DNA from: Catajapyx aquilonaris
Taxonomy: Eukaryota
DNA length: 64,000 bases
NCBI GenBank assembly: GCA_000934665.2
Contig: KZ538041.1
Location: forward strand, 1 to 64,000
Reading direction: 5' to 3'
The position numbers were made by a program, and so were the translations under genes. The notes beneath the pieces were generated by a model. It was not told the DNA's origin and searched no databases. It saw only the letters and a list, made by a program, of their open reading frames with translations. Of the stretch, positions 36,533-55,869 are shown one piece after another. How positions within the stretch are numbered: the first letter of the stretch is position 1; every line of letters starts with the position of its first letter.

Positions 36533-39036
36533 AACTTGGCAGTGTCACAACTAATTTTCTCTCGTTGTGTTAACATTGATTTTGGAATGTACGATGTATG
36601 GGGCCAGCCAACTAAACAGTTGTAAGTGACTGAAGAGCTTTTCCCCACCTGTTTCCATTTACCCAACCTCTTCTTGACTTGTGCAGCAACTGATAACAAA
36701 GTGTGCATTTGTGGTGAAATAATCAGTACATTACTATTCAGTAGCTGCATGCTATGCCTTTTAAAAAATCAAATTGACGTTATATAAATGGGACATGCAT
36801 TACCAGATGAAGTGTGGGAAAAATGGTTTCAAACACTAACCTACTTGGGGAGCAGGCAATTATGGCCGCACAATGTTATTTATTACAACATTGCTCATCA
36901 ATAAAGGAAAACTGTAACAGAGAGACTAGAGTAGCTGTGCGACTGCAGTCCTTGCACCTCCCTCAGGATCATTAGAGCACACAGAAAGGTGGAGAGCAAG
37001 CAGCTGGCCAGATGGCTCATATCCTGCTACGCTTCTGCTTCCAGGAAATAAAACAGGATGAGTCAGGATCTTCCAGGTACAATACTTCAGAGGCAGGAGA
37101 AGCATTATACCCTCCAGTCCTGAGAATAATCAGTGAGTGTCCACATGGTTGTACTACATTGCCACTGGACATTATTAGCAGGTTCCACTTTACAAGTAGA
37201 ACATTAATGATAGCGTTACGGTAGTGCGGGTTGCATTACCGTAGTGCAGTCAACTGCCGTGCCCTAATAAAACATGGCGTCATTCCAACCTGCCGTCTCC
37301 CTGCCCTAATGAAGCATGGCGCTTGTGCCTGTAGTAGTGCATACTCGTAGCTGGTAATGATGACGTTTCCCACCCCACCGCCCCCTCCCCAGCCAGCCTT
37401 TCTTCCTATTTCGTGTGTGTGTGTGTGTTCCAAAACCCTCCCCCGCTCCGCTTATCCTCCCCCCCTTCGCCTCCCACCAGTCACCCCCCACCCCTCTTCC
37501 CGTATGTGTAATAAGTATGAGGGCTTGTCAGCGAGGGCATCACCGAGATGAGTGTATGCAGCTCGGGGCCTAGCAGCACACTCGCCGATTCAGGCATGAG
37601 CAGACAGCAGCCCGGCGACTGAGAGTGTGTAGTGGTGTACAGTGGGGGCCACCTGCCTCGAGAGAGTGTGTGCTTCGCCCCCCCTCCACACCCGTGTGTG
37701 TGTGCACGCTCCTCATTTTAATCCAGCTTGGCACACTGCACACCCACTGCTGCTGGGGGGCCCGGAGAAGAGGGCGGCCTGGCCGGGGCGGGAGGGAGGG
37801 CAGGCTGCGGGCCGACGGAACGACGAGGGACAGCCACCACCACCACACTGCTGCTGGAAGAGGAAAAGGAAGAATCGAAGGAAAGGTGAGGGGTTCGGAC
37901 ACACTCAGGCAGTCTCAGCTAGAGGGAGGGAGGAAGGCGGGGGAGTAAAGGGAAATACCCCTGTCGATTTCTGCCTGACTCATCATGTGTGTGAGAGGAA
38001 CAGGGACCCAAAGAGTGGTGTGGTTGGGTGGCAACAAAGGAGGTGGCCAAAGTGGGTGCAGGAGGACAGTCGGATGAGTGAAAGACGGGTTGGTGTGTGA
38101 GCGACAGATGAGGTGCGCGGTGGGTGTGTCTGTAGTCAAAATTTTGAATCGAAAGGGACGGACAATACTTGCATGGGAGGGTAGTCTCTGTGACGTAGCT
38201 ATTAAAAATGCTCAAGATATTGCAATGCAGGCTGGATTGCAAAGTGACAGCCTGTACTTGTTGATCAAACAATGACAGTGAGACGTTGGCTGTACAGTAC
38301 AGGGGGTGGAGTGCAAAAAAATTTAATTCTCATGTCACTTTACAATGACTCATCTTCTGGTGCAGGCAACATGTTTATATCTCACTTTGGATATTTTCTG
38401 CTGCCTTGCAGAGACAGGTGGTTTTATAGCAGGGAAGGTTTCCTGGAAGCCGAGCTTGTTTGCTGATCTCAGATTATAATGACACTCAAGAGGTCTGTGT
38501 GCTTGCACTGCGAAATCATACACACATACTTTGAGAGTGTGTCAGCAGAGAGCAGTTCTGAGGCATATCAACTGTAGATATAATTGCTGATGATTTGTCT
38601 CCTCTGCAAGTAACCTTAATTGCCTAATGCGTGAAAGACTTTCCTTATTACTGACCACCTGTCAATTTGTTTTATTGTCAGATGTTGACCCATTCAATGA
38701 AGGATAAGCACCCAGACATTTTAAAATGGGAGATTAAGACAATCATTATTGATTTGTCAGAAAAATAACGTGACAGCTGCGTTGATGTGTCAATCAATGT
38801 GTTGCATAACATGCTTGGCATGCTTCAACAAATCATGACCTTAATATAGAGCTGTGCTAATCATGCCAGGGTTAATAACTTTATCTCTCTTTCCTCCTGC
38901 TATTAGACTCCGAGTCTTGCACTGAGGACTCCTGCCCTTACAACAAGGGCAGTGACACTTTCTTCCCCTGGAGACCGTACCATAAAAACCAGTCAAAGTG
39001 CAGGCCAATAACGCAGGTTGGTGGAGGAGGTGCTCC

Positions 39037-45304
<6,268 letters not shown>

Positions 45305-47370
45305 GCAACAAGTTTGGGAGAAGGTGGGAGGAACAGTTTTTTGCTTGAGTGGGTGGGACGATTTTTGTGGCATGTGGACCTGTTTTTCGATGTGCAGTTG
45401 CCTTCTGTGAGAGGCCAGAAGAGAGAAAATTCCCCAGCAAGAGAGGATTTGGGTATTTACTTTTCATCCATTGTCTTATCTCCCCAACCCCCGACAAAAG
45501 AGAAAGTAAGTCAGAGTGGTAGGGCGCTGATGTTGTGCATTTTGTATGCTTATAAATTTCTCCGCGAGGGCAAAAGAGCCATTTGTCTGGTGAAACGTGT
45601 ATTTTAAGCTGTACAGTTTCCGTTTTTGTCCAAAATGCCTCAGGCTTTGGGTCTGGAATATCAAGAGTTTTCATTTAGGACTTCCTTTTTTGAGTTTTCC
45701 TCCACCTTGAGTGGAAGTCATTTATTCGAAGCAATACAGATTGAATTTTCCCCTGCCTTTTCATCAGAGAGAGAGAGAGAGAAGAAAAAAGGATTTGCAA
45801 TGAGTAAGGAGTTATGGAAGTTGTATTTTTAAATTTTTAAATTCCGGTATGTGAAAGGGGAGAAGCTTTGATAAGCAGGCCTATGCATTTTTGACCGACT
45901 CTCAATTCCACATCCAGGCTTTTAGGGAGTAATAATAATATTAATAATAACAATAACTTACAACATAGTCCCCAAAAAGCCACCTTTCTGTGATACAGGA
46001 AGTAGAGAACAGGTTTGAATTTTGAGGACGTTTGTCGATTGATTTCTCTGCTTAGTAAAATATGACAGTAACAGCTCTGTAAGAAATATCCTCAGCATTA
46101 TTTTGAAAAAAATGCCATCAGGTAGTTGCTTCTAAAGAAATATTTGAGAGAAAGAATCTGTAAGGGTCTAGTTGGCTTTCGAATCGTTACGGCCTTTATA
46201 GCAGGAGACATGTCTTTCTTTTAAAAAGAACTGATATTGATAGTCTTATGGACAAGAGCGAACCATATTCACTTAAACCCAACTTGGTAAAATTTTGAGG
46301 AACAAAAAAACTATATTAATATTATGGGTAGTAATCTTCACTGTTCTAAGACAAACTGTACGACCACATAGATAACTTACACCTATGATGTATTCGACTA
46401 AGGGCTACTATAAACACCATTATTGTGATGTTCACCGACTTTAAAAAAAAAAGAAGAAGAAATATCGGCACATAAAAGATATCTGTGTTATGTACACACC
46501 TATATAGTGAGGATCCAGCCTCCCCTTAGCATCATAATTACCTAATGAAGGGGAATAAAAGTAACATATAATAATGATAATTAATAATAATGCAAGTTTG
46601 GCTTGTGTCTGCATGCAGAGTAAAGTATTTTCCTAACGATAGTTGGAAAGTAGTGAGCAATTTCGTAACATTGGATTTCAAAGTACATATTGTCAGTCAT
46701 GACTCTTTGCCTTTTCGAATGATGACAGGTTAGGGATTAGTTTCGTCAGAAATTCCATGACTCATCTCACAATGATGGTGATTCGTACACATGCCTTGGT
46801 TTGATTTCCTATTAGTGAATTGTGTTTCTGGAATCATTCAGGTTTTAAGTGGAGTTCAGGAATTTTATTTTTTACTGGATGAGCCTTGGAGGGGTCAATT
46901 AAGTTTTTCTGGAGTTTGGTGCACCTAGAATGAGTGGTTGCTGTCATCCTGTCACCCTTCGACCATATATTTGTATGTTAGTGATTTCTCCAAGGCTGAG
47001 ATCCCTCCTCTCCCCACTTGCAGCTGCTAAATATTAATGAGTGTATTACAGTATTTATTGTTCCAAGTGAAAAGCTTAGCGTTTTCACTTGAACTGCAAG
47101 CGTGACATGCAAATGTTTTACAATCAGGTTAGGTTGACCAGAGATTTTTTTACGGTGATTATTTTATACGGAGAAGCTCCATTTTTATTTGGTTGAGCTG
47201 AAGAATGAATGCATTATGTAGTACTTACTTGTTATAATTTCGTGATTTTTATTACTTCTACCAAAGCTAACTTTTTCAGTTGCATTTTCTTTCGTAACAG
47301 ATAAGTTTTTGTACGCATATTTTTATAAAATGGCAGATTTCTGGCCCAGTGGCATTCTAACCCTCTTAGA

Positions 47371-47426
47371 ATTGATTAATTGATTGGGGTTTAGTGGCGC
47401 TCAAGCTACTGTGCCTAACCTGCGCC
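47371..47426 (-). mobile_element. Severely 5'-truncated LINE/SINE 3' end downstream of the PAK stop (probable 3' UTR)
   Basis: Minus strand GGCGCAGGTTAGGCACAGTAGCTTGAGCGCCACTAAACCCCAATCAATTAATCAAT (GGCGC..GCGCC stem, TAAACCC, AATC-type tail), flanked by AACCCTCTTAGA (47359) and AACCCTCAAAGA (47427). Confidence 0.6.
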
Positions 47427-49048
47427 AACCCTCAAAGATATCAGCATTACAATGTGTTGTTCCCGCAGAATTTGTTTTGCTTGTGATATTATTTTATTAG
47501 GTTGCTATTACTGTGTGACAGTTTCTCTTCATAGAGTTGCTCAATCTGTTTACAGCTGGCTGCAGGTGGGGATTGTTGTAGAAGAGTAGATGAGTACTGT
47601 ATGAACTTGAAAAAAAAAAAAAAGAAGTTGTGGGCATTATTGTGACATCATGTACACGTGTGAAGAGTTAAATGTGGGTGTTTGGCAGTCACAGTGTAGT
47701 CAGATTGAGTGGAAATGATTTAAGAATATGTAGAAAAATATTTGTCAAAAATTCCAGTGTACACTGGATATTTCTCTAGGAACTGTGTTTCAACTTATCA
47801 CTCTTTGGGTCTGAAAATATTGAATGGAAACTTGTAATCCTTTAGTTTTGACCTTGTTAACACAGAGGTTTGGTGCATAGAGGTTTGACTCTTCACATAG
47901 TTATGTGCTTTAAAAAGAAAAGAAATAATTAATGACACCAATATGAATGAGCATGGAGGACAATAATTCAAACCCCAAGAACCAGTCTCAATAGATAACA
48001 ATGATTATAATTTTTGGGACTCTCCACTTTCCCCCTTCCACTTGGGAATTTCCAAAGGCAACATTTTCTTGGAAAAAATATGTTAATTCCTGGTCTCAGT
48101 GTTGGGTTGTGTGGCTGCATTGATGCAGTGCAACATGATAATGTTCCGTATTCTTTGTGGGTCTGTGAGGATGAGTGACTGCAAAGTCTGTTGGGGTTTT
48201 ATTTTTGGCACCAGTCCCTTTTTGCATTTAGATGGTTTTTTTCCGGGTGCATTGATGGGGGTGAGTGGAAACGTATGCAAAATGGAACTGGATAGAAGAG
48301 CGATGAAAAAAAAATTTAATGGTAATGAATGGCAGGTCAGCAAGTTGAATGCCATCTGCTACATGAGACAAGCAAGTGGCATGTCAACCTGTGGCACCCA
48401 GTGGAAGCACTAAGTTGGTTGGTCATGTGTTGTGTCCCAGTCACATTTTTTGTAAGAAAGGAAAAAAAAAAGGCAACAAAAAAATGAGTGAAAAAATGGA
48501 AAATTATGAAAAGAATCCTGTCAGAGTAAACTTTGACCAAGGTTTATGGTTGTACTTCTTTGGGATGCCCTCTGTTTTTTCCCCCATATTATTATAGGCC
48601 TCAACTCATCTTAATTGCAGGCATTCCAGTGGGCTAGTTGTATACCTGTAAGTTAGGTAGAAAATCTCTAGATTATGCTGGATTATTATGAATACCGATA
48701 CATAATTGGAGCATTTCTCTAAGTTGCTTTTATATGACTAGCTCGTAGCCCTACACTGTGTAGAGTGATAATTGTGTGACGCACTGGATGCTGAAATAAT
48801 GGACTAATTGGATGTTACTCCTAATTTTTCAGATAAAAATATTTACATGCAGTTCAGCATGCAATTGGGGACAAAGAAAGGCTCAGGCTTGTACTTATAG
48901 CAGGGAAAAGGAATCCACATAAGCAAAAGTGGCACATAAAATTCAATTTATTTGCATATCCTCTGTTTGTCCCAATATCAGTCATTCGTACTAAAATTAA
49001 TTTACATGCTTAAAATGTACATTGTTCACACATTGCAATAAGCTTTCA

Positions 49049-50788
49049 TTAGAGCAAACCCAAGATCCTGGCTCTGCTGAGGTAATCAGATCGACCCAAG
49101 TAACACCCATTCATAACCCTGTCCCCAGAATATTCTGACCTCCCGTGAAGAACTCGCCAGTTATCTATGAACATTACAGTTCCTGGATTCAGCTTGAACC
49201 ACAGCTCCCTCTTTGGATCTGCAACTATGTTGGCAAGGCCGTGCAGATGTGCGTAGAACGTGCCCTGCAAATCAGGGCACAGGATGGACAGCGGTGCTCG
49301 GTCGTACAGGTTGAACCTTTTTGAGGACAAATGTCAGTATGTTGCATGGGTCAATTACAAACTAAACTAATCTGACCTGATTTGCTCAAGCTTGCCAGTT
49401 GCCTTGTGGTGGCGGAACACTGTCTCGTAGGTCACGTGATGATGCCCATTCTCAATGTATTCGGCTGGTATCGGAGTCTTGGATAGGAAGTCATAGGCCT
49501 CCGGATTTCTCAGCTTAAAAAGGTCGGCAGCCTTGAACCCATCGACTAGCAGGGTCTCACCTCCTGTGCCAGTGTGCTTCACGCAGTGCAGCACAAGCAG
49601 CCTGCATGGAACGAGTGATAATTAAGTACTGACCCCAATAATCATGTCAGTGACTCGGAGAGATAGGTTAAGGATTTTGTTGTTGAGCCTTCAATAAGTG
49701 GCCTTGAATTGGTGCCAGGATAATATTATATTTGATGCTTCCTTGCATCACTTAAGTTCTGTGCGTATCTAATACCAATTTTCCTCACCCAGCAGGTTCG
49801 TTCAGGTATGTGTTGTCCGTATGCGCTTTCAGCGCCACCGGTGTGTAGGAAGTGTCCTGATGTTTGAGCTTGTTCTCGAACTGCCAGAACTCTCCAAACA
49901 TAGTCCTGTAGATGGGACAGAGATGTTCAGCCACTGCCTTGGTTGCCTCCGCTGTGGCTGGCACCTGAAATAAAGCAGTACTGATTTCTGATCCCTTGCA
50001 TGTGACTCAAGGACTTACATCTGTAACAAATGCCACTCCATATTTGAGCAGGATTTTGACCAACTGTCGTACACCATGGTCATTAGCCATGTACTCCTCA
50101 TGATGGACTGTGGCCTTGGACAAGTTCTTGTGCATCTCATTGCCCCATAGTGTTGGCGAAACGTTGAGCGGAGGCTTGACCCCACTGCTGACACTCTTGA
50201 GCCACAAGAGGTCAAATGAAGAGTCATGTCCATCACTCCCTAAAAGCATATTTTGGATGTCGTCATTGCTTTGTGACTAAGTTTTGCACTGTTTTCTACC
50301 TACATGTCACATCCAAGTTGCTGCCTCGCAAGTTGTGATGTTTGACCCCAATGTCCAAAGGTATGCTGAGCAAATCAACGTTCCGCTGATAAGTCGTCGT
50401 GTTATAGCATTTGGGGCACCTGCAGGAAGATATCATTAGGATGTCTCCTTATCACTGAACAACAAATGACCAGCATTACCTGCAGTGATCCCTCAGCCAG
50501 TAAAAGTGATACCGGATAGGTTGTGGAAATGAGCAACTTTTGATCTCAAAATATGGACTCTGAACCTGAACCGTGGCATCTATCACTGCGGATTGAAAAT
50601 ACATATTTAATTGCAGTGGTCGTATATTTTTCTGTGGATTTACAGAGTCGCATTGACATACCTGTTCCGGATGAGTATGACCTCTCACCCTGCTGCCTGG
50701 TAGCAACTGCGGTACTCCTCAACCTGTGCCCCAACGACTCCACCTGGCAGCACCATTTTCCTGCCCTGATCACAGGTGTCAGCTTCAT
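49049..50788 (-). CDS. TMLHE: Trimethyllysine dioxygenase-like paralog A (Fe/2OG oxygenase, BBOX/TMLD family)
   Basis: 7 exons: 50788-50689, 50585-50480, 50419-50304, 50239-50019, 49964-49789, 49601-49377, 49316-49049. WLRDHCRCPKCYNTTTYQR, WSDGH, HTDNTYLNEPAG, HCVKHTGTGGETLLVDGF, IRFNLYDRA, FIDNWRVLHGR..R..GCY. These are TMLD-type rather than BBOX-type signatures. Confidence 0.88.
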
Positions 50789-51473
50789 GTTTCCTAAAAC
50801 CCACCAAATGTCAACGACCCAATTGGAACTGGACCAACACCTCGGTATGCCAGCACCCACCTCGTTGTAGACCTACAGCCAACTTGATGTCCTCTCACAG
50901 CTTTCTTCCTTGGCAATATCAGCTAGAGGCTGAGAGGTCGCCTAACATACCCGGCACGATCAAGGACACCAGTACACACATGCATTGCCAAGTGCTCAGC
51001 TGATCCCCACCCCCTCCTCATGCCTTGAGGGGGTGGGTGGACGTGACTGCACAAGTGTCGTACGTGGAGACACCCGACATCTGTAGTCCGAAATGTGGAG
51101 CGGTTTCGAGCACATGGCACGCCTTGTACACGTATGTGGTAGAGCAAATTGATAAACAAGGAGAGGTTATGTAACATTTGCGATTTTTAGTTACAATATT
51201 ACATGCGCCTGCCATGCAGGTCGGCGTATGATCTGGATGTGATTGAATTACCAAAGTGCCAGATTTTGCTCATGTTGAGATACGCTGTTACACGTGATGC
51301 ATCCGAGTATCGACCGCATACCCGGTACTCAGCTGCACCTAAATTATTTAAAACTCCGGGTTGGTCTGCCCGAATTTGGAGCTCAGGGGGACCAATCTCC
51401 GGAGAAAACATGATTCAAGGAGAAGGTCTGCTTCCAGTTACTTTTACATAAATATTTTACTCATGCCAGGAAT

Positions 51474-51515
51474 CTTGACGTAAGTCCGAACCTACGTAAG
51501 TCGGAGACTGGCTAC
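51474..51515. mobile_element. Solitary Tigger-like terminal remnant
   Basis: ...GACGTAAGTCCGAACCTACGTAAGTCGGAGACTGGCTACA resembles a Tigger end (revcomp TAGCCAGTCTCCGACTTACG with repeated GACTTACG). No partner end found. Confidence 0.35.
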
Positions 51516-52211
51516 ATTTTGCGAATTTTTCCGAGTGTTGCGGTCTTGCGGCAGGTTCACAATCACATTGCCAATATTGCCGTTACGTGTATGTACTGTA
51601 CATTGTGACTTCGTGACTTTTCCCAGCTTTAGACAAACTATTGTTTTCACTTATCATAGATAAGCACGATATTTTGTGAACTTGGAACTGTCCTGCAGTG
51701 AAACCAGAAACTCAGCCATGCCTTCTAGAAACAATATGTTCCGCAGTAATGAGACATTGGTACCGCTTGGTGCGTTCTCCATTTTAAGTAATGAGATTTC
51801 ACGGCTTGACCCCCGTAACGTCGCTTTCGTTGTCGCCCTTGGTTGTCGCATATGCAGGCAATTTCCGTCGTAAATCGAAAGCACTGCAACGTAGCCTATG
51901 CTTTTTTCCCCAGCCCGTTATTGCGTCACGTCAAAGCCGATTTGCTGTCAACTAATCCAATGTCAAGGGCGAAGGGTTGGAAGATTATCTGAATCATTCA
52001 TATCCATTTTTGTGCATATTATGTTGTGATATGGGAAGTGTGTACCTCGGGGGGCGGAGTTCACACCATCAAAATTTTATTGCTTTTTAACCTATGGTTT
52101 TAACGCTGAAGGGATGTGCGTATGTGGACCTTTACCATGACGCAATAGGAACGTGCACTAGCAGTGATAATGTGTTTATTAGACGATAAGGTGACTGCAA
52201 ACATGTATGGG

Positions 52212-53765
52212 TCAATCTGAAAATAGTTCAAATACTCGAGCCTTATTGAGGTAATCGGTACGGCTCAAATAGCATCCGACCAGGTCTCGTACACCGGTGT
52301 ATGGCTTGCGTCCGTGTAGAATTCGCCAATTGTCGATGAACAAGACTTGACCGGGGCTCAACTGCGTGCTTATCTCTACGGTCGGGTCTCGAACCAGGGA
52401 CACCAGGTGACGCAAATGAGAGTAAAACGCGCCTTGTTGCCACGCCAGAAGACCGGACGGAGGTTTACGGTCATACATGTTCATCCTGAAAGAATGAGTG
52501 ATGTAACATGCTGCTTGGTTTTGAAAACATTTGGACACGCACCTGATTTGCTCCAGTTCTCCAGTGACCTTGCTGTGGTTGAGCATCGGCGAATATGTTT
52601 CGTGACACTGACCTTCCTCAACATACCTGACCGGAACTGCGGTTCTGGACAGGACTTCGTACCCTTCCGGGTTCTGCCTCCGGAACAGCTCAGCCGCTTT
52701 GAAACCGTCCACCAGAAGACTTTCTCCTCCAGTTCCAGCCCGATTGATACAATGCAAAACAATTATCCTGAAACAACAGCTATTAGACAGTGGGAGTGAG
52801 AATCTGTGACACTTACCCTGCCGGCTCTACAAAATAGGTGTGGTCTGTGTGGACCGTAAGGTGCCCTCGAGAGTACCCCACGTCCTGATGAGCGTCCAAT
52901 GCTCCCAGATTCCAGAAGTCCCCGTAGAAGGTGCGCAGGTTGGGTCCAATCCTGCTGGCTACCTCCTGGGTCGCTTCGGAGGTCGAGGGCACCTGGTCCA
53001 CGATGCACATGCCGTACTCCAGCATGCAACGGACCATGCGACGCAGACCTTCTTCTGTCATGAATGACTCGTGGACCACGGTCACTCTGTCTAGTTGACC
53101 TGACAGTTCGTGACCCCACAGCGTTCGTGGGAATCGGTTTGTGGCGAGTTGGGAGTCAGACCAGGCTTGGAGGTGGTCCAGGTCAAAGGTCGATTGGTGC
53201 CCGTCGTTCCCTGCAAAGCCGAAATTAGTACTGGATCCAGTCTATATGTGGACTCGGAATAGATTGAAGACTCACAAGTAATACTGAGCTGACCACCACG
53301 AAGTTCGCACAATTCCACTTTGTTGTCCCAAGGCATTGACAGCAAGTCAATCTTCTTCTGTCTGGCCTCTTTGTCGTAACATATTTGACACCTTTGAATT
53401 TTAAACTGGGCTTATTAAAAACAGAATAATTATTATACTGTACCTGTAGATATATCGCTCCCAGATGAGCCTCACCTGCAATGGTCTCTCAGCCAGAAGG
53501 TGTGACAACAAAGGGGCCGTTTCAGAAGAGGACTCGAGATGGTCAGATGAGGGTCGCTCAGCTTCACCTGTTCGGACTTGATCCTTCCAGAAGCTCCATT
53601 GATTCCGTTTTGGACATGGGTGCCTCTGGACACCACCGAAAGCTCCATTGCTTCATCGACTCCAAATGTGTACGGACGATTTCTTATATATATAGTTTTC
53701 AAGGGTGTATCGCAGAACCGCCTCGTGGAAAGTGCTTGAAATGTCTTGAATATAAAGAAAGACAT
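52212..53765 (-). CDS. Trimethyllysine dioxygenase-like paralog B
   Basis: 5 exons: 53765 (or 53648)-53476, 53391-53276, 53210-52817, 52767-52543, 52485-52212. WLRDHCRCQICY, WNDGH, HTDHTYFVEPAG, DNWRILHGR..R..GCY. Confidence 0.87.
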
Positions 53766-54367
53766 AACTCTTGACACTTTGCATAAACGGTACTGTGTGC
53801 CAAGTGGCCAACTCTGAATGGTTCTCCCAAGTACTTATATAATATACAATCAGTTTTTCAAATTAAAAACGCCCGCGATATAGCGATTGACTGTGACAAG
53901 TGTATGTTATCTCCACACAGATCCAAAATTGCATTCACTCCGTACATTCACTTTCCTTTTGTTTCCATATCACATAATAATATATTCTATTAGGCAGTGA
54001 GTTGACGTGCCCACGCTATTCACTGTGTAATAGTGGTCAGATGTAATGGCACGTAATATTGCAATCTAAGCACAAGTGTGCAAATGCAGTTTATTATTTT
54101 CGTCTTATGAGGCAATGATTCTTCTGCAACGATCAGTTCATGGCCGTTATGCCACTTTGATGATACATCAGGTACTTCCTTACACATGATGTAAAACAAA
54201 ATCACCAGAAGTAATGACAACATGTATATGTTTATTTGGCAGATCTGAATACATAAGCGCATAATATTATGAATACTGCAGCCGACCTATAGTCTACAAG
54301 CCGATACATCACATTTGAATACTTGAGTCAAGAGTTGGCAACCAGCCTCGGAAGTGATTGATTGGGA

Positions 54368-55815
54368 TCAGCCTTGAATGAGCCCGAGAACCCTTGCCTT
54401 GTTGAGGTAATCGGTTCTGCTCAAGTAGCACCCGACCAAGTTCCGTAACCCCGTATAAGCCCCACGGCCGTGCAGTAGACGCCAGTTGTCGATGAAGAGG
54501 ACCTGTCCTGGGTGCAGCTGAGTCCTCATCTCCACGGCCGGGTCTCGAACCAGGGACACCAGGTGACGCAAGTGAGAGTAAAACGCGCCTTGTTGCCACG
54601 CCAGCAAACCGGACGGAGGTTTACGGTCATACATGTTCATCCTGAAAAAATATTTGGACAGTTATGAGGTAATGCCGGAAATGCTAGGCGTGGGAACATC
54701 GTTGTGTATACACGCACCTGATTTGCTCCAGTTCCCCAGTGACCTTGCTGTGGTTGAGTATCGGGTAGTGCGATTCGTGGCATTGCCCTTCCTCGACATA
54801 CCGGACCGGAACTGCGGTTCTGGACAACACTTCGTATCCTTCCGGGTTCTGCTGTCGGAACAAATGTGCCGCTTTGAAGCCATCCACCAAAAGACTTTCC
54901 CCGCCAGTTCCTTTCCGGTTGATACAATGCAAAACAATAATCCTGGAATACACACATCATTGTCACTATTGGGTCAAACATGTTTAGGGTTATCGGGCTT
55001 ACCCAGCTGGTTCTCCGAAATACGTGTGGTCTGAGTGGGCCGAAAGTGGTCCTTGCGAATACCCCACATCTTGGTGCTCGTTGAGCGAACCGATGTTCCA
55101 GAAGTCGCCGTAGAATGTGGGGAGATTGGGTCCCACTCTTTTGGTGACCTCCTGGGTCGCTTCTGGGGTCGGAGGCACCTGGTCCACGATGCACATGCCG
55201 TACTCCAACATGCGGCGGACCAACTCACGCAACCCAGATTCCTCCATGATCATATCGCGGCTGACCGTGACCTTATCCAGCTCCTGGGACATATCGCTGC
55301 CCCATAAGATTCTTTGTGCCTGTTGAACTGGTCTTTGGTCAGACCAGGCTTGCAGGCGGGTCAGGTCAAATGTTGATGAGTGACCATCCGACCCTATAGA
55401 AGGAGGCAAGGTTTCACATCAAGAAGAACACCACCAGAATAAGAAACTTACAGGTGACATTAAGCTGTCCTTCTCTAAGGCCACATTGGTCCACCTTCGC
55501 CTCCCAGGGCATGGACAACAGGTCAATCTTCTTCTGCTTCGTCGCGCTGTCGTAACATTGAGGGCACCTGTGAAAATAATTTATAGTTAGAAAGCGAAAG
55601 TTGCCCAGTGTTTAAAACAGCGGATGGAAGTCTCCGGACCTGCAGTGGTCTCTCAGCCAGAAGTGGTGACAACTCAAAGGTCTGGCCAGCTCAGGACTCG
55701 AGATGGTCAGATGAGGGTGGCTGACCTCAACTCTACTTGCCGTACTGGCAACACCTCTGCTGACCACTCTGGCTGCTCCGAGAACTCTGCACGCTCTGCA
55801 CACTGATGAAGACAT
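54368..55815 (-). CDS. Trimethyllysine dioxygenase-like paralog C
   Basis: 5 exons: 55815-55640, 55567-55452, 55393-55003, 54942-54718, 54641-54368. Arg/Ser/Ala-rich presequence-like N-terminus, WLRDHCRCPQCY, HSDHTYFGEPAG, DNWRLLHGR..R..GCY. Confidence 0.88.
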
Positions 55816-55822
55816 GGTTGTC

Positions 55823-55869
55823 GACTGTGCCTAACATCACATCGCAGGTTCATTTTTATAGTTGATAAG
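55823..55869 (-). promoter_or_regulatory. GATA + TATA + Inr-like core promoter of paralog C
   Basis: Minus strand CTTATC (GATA site 55864-69), TATAAAA 55860-55854, CAGTC ~33 nt downstream (55827-55823), ATG at 55815. Confidence 0.55.

Noticed and set aside
37570..38272. ORFs in the PAK 5' region
   Set aside because: Low-complexity GC/GA-rich leader with no protein-like signal.
51006..51037. Perfect 11-bp hairpin CCCACCCCCTC/GAGGGGGTGGG
   Set aside because: Low-complexity stem, too short for a miRNA, with no other ncRNA hallmarks.
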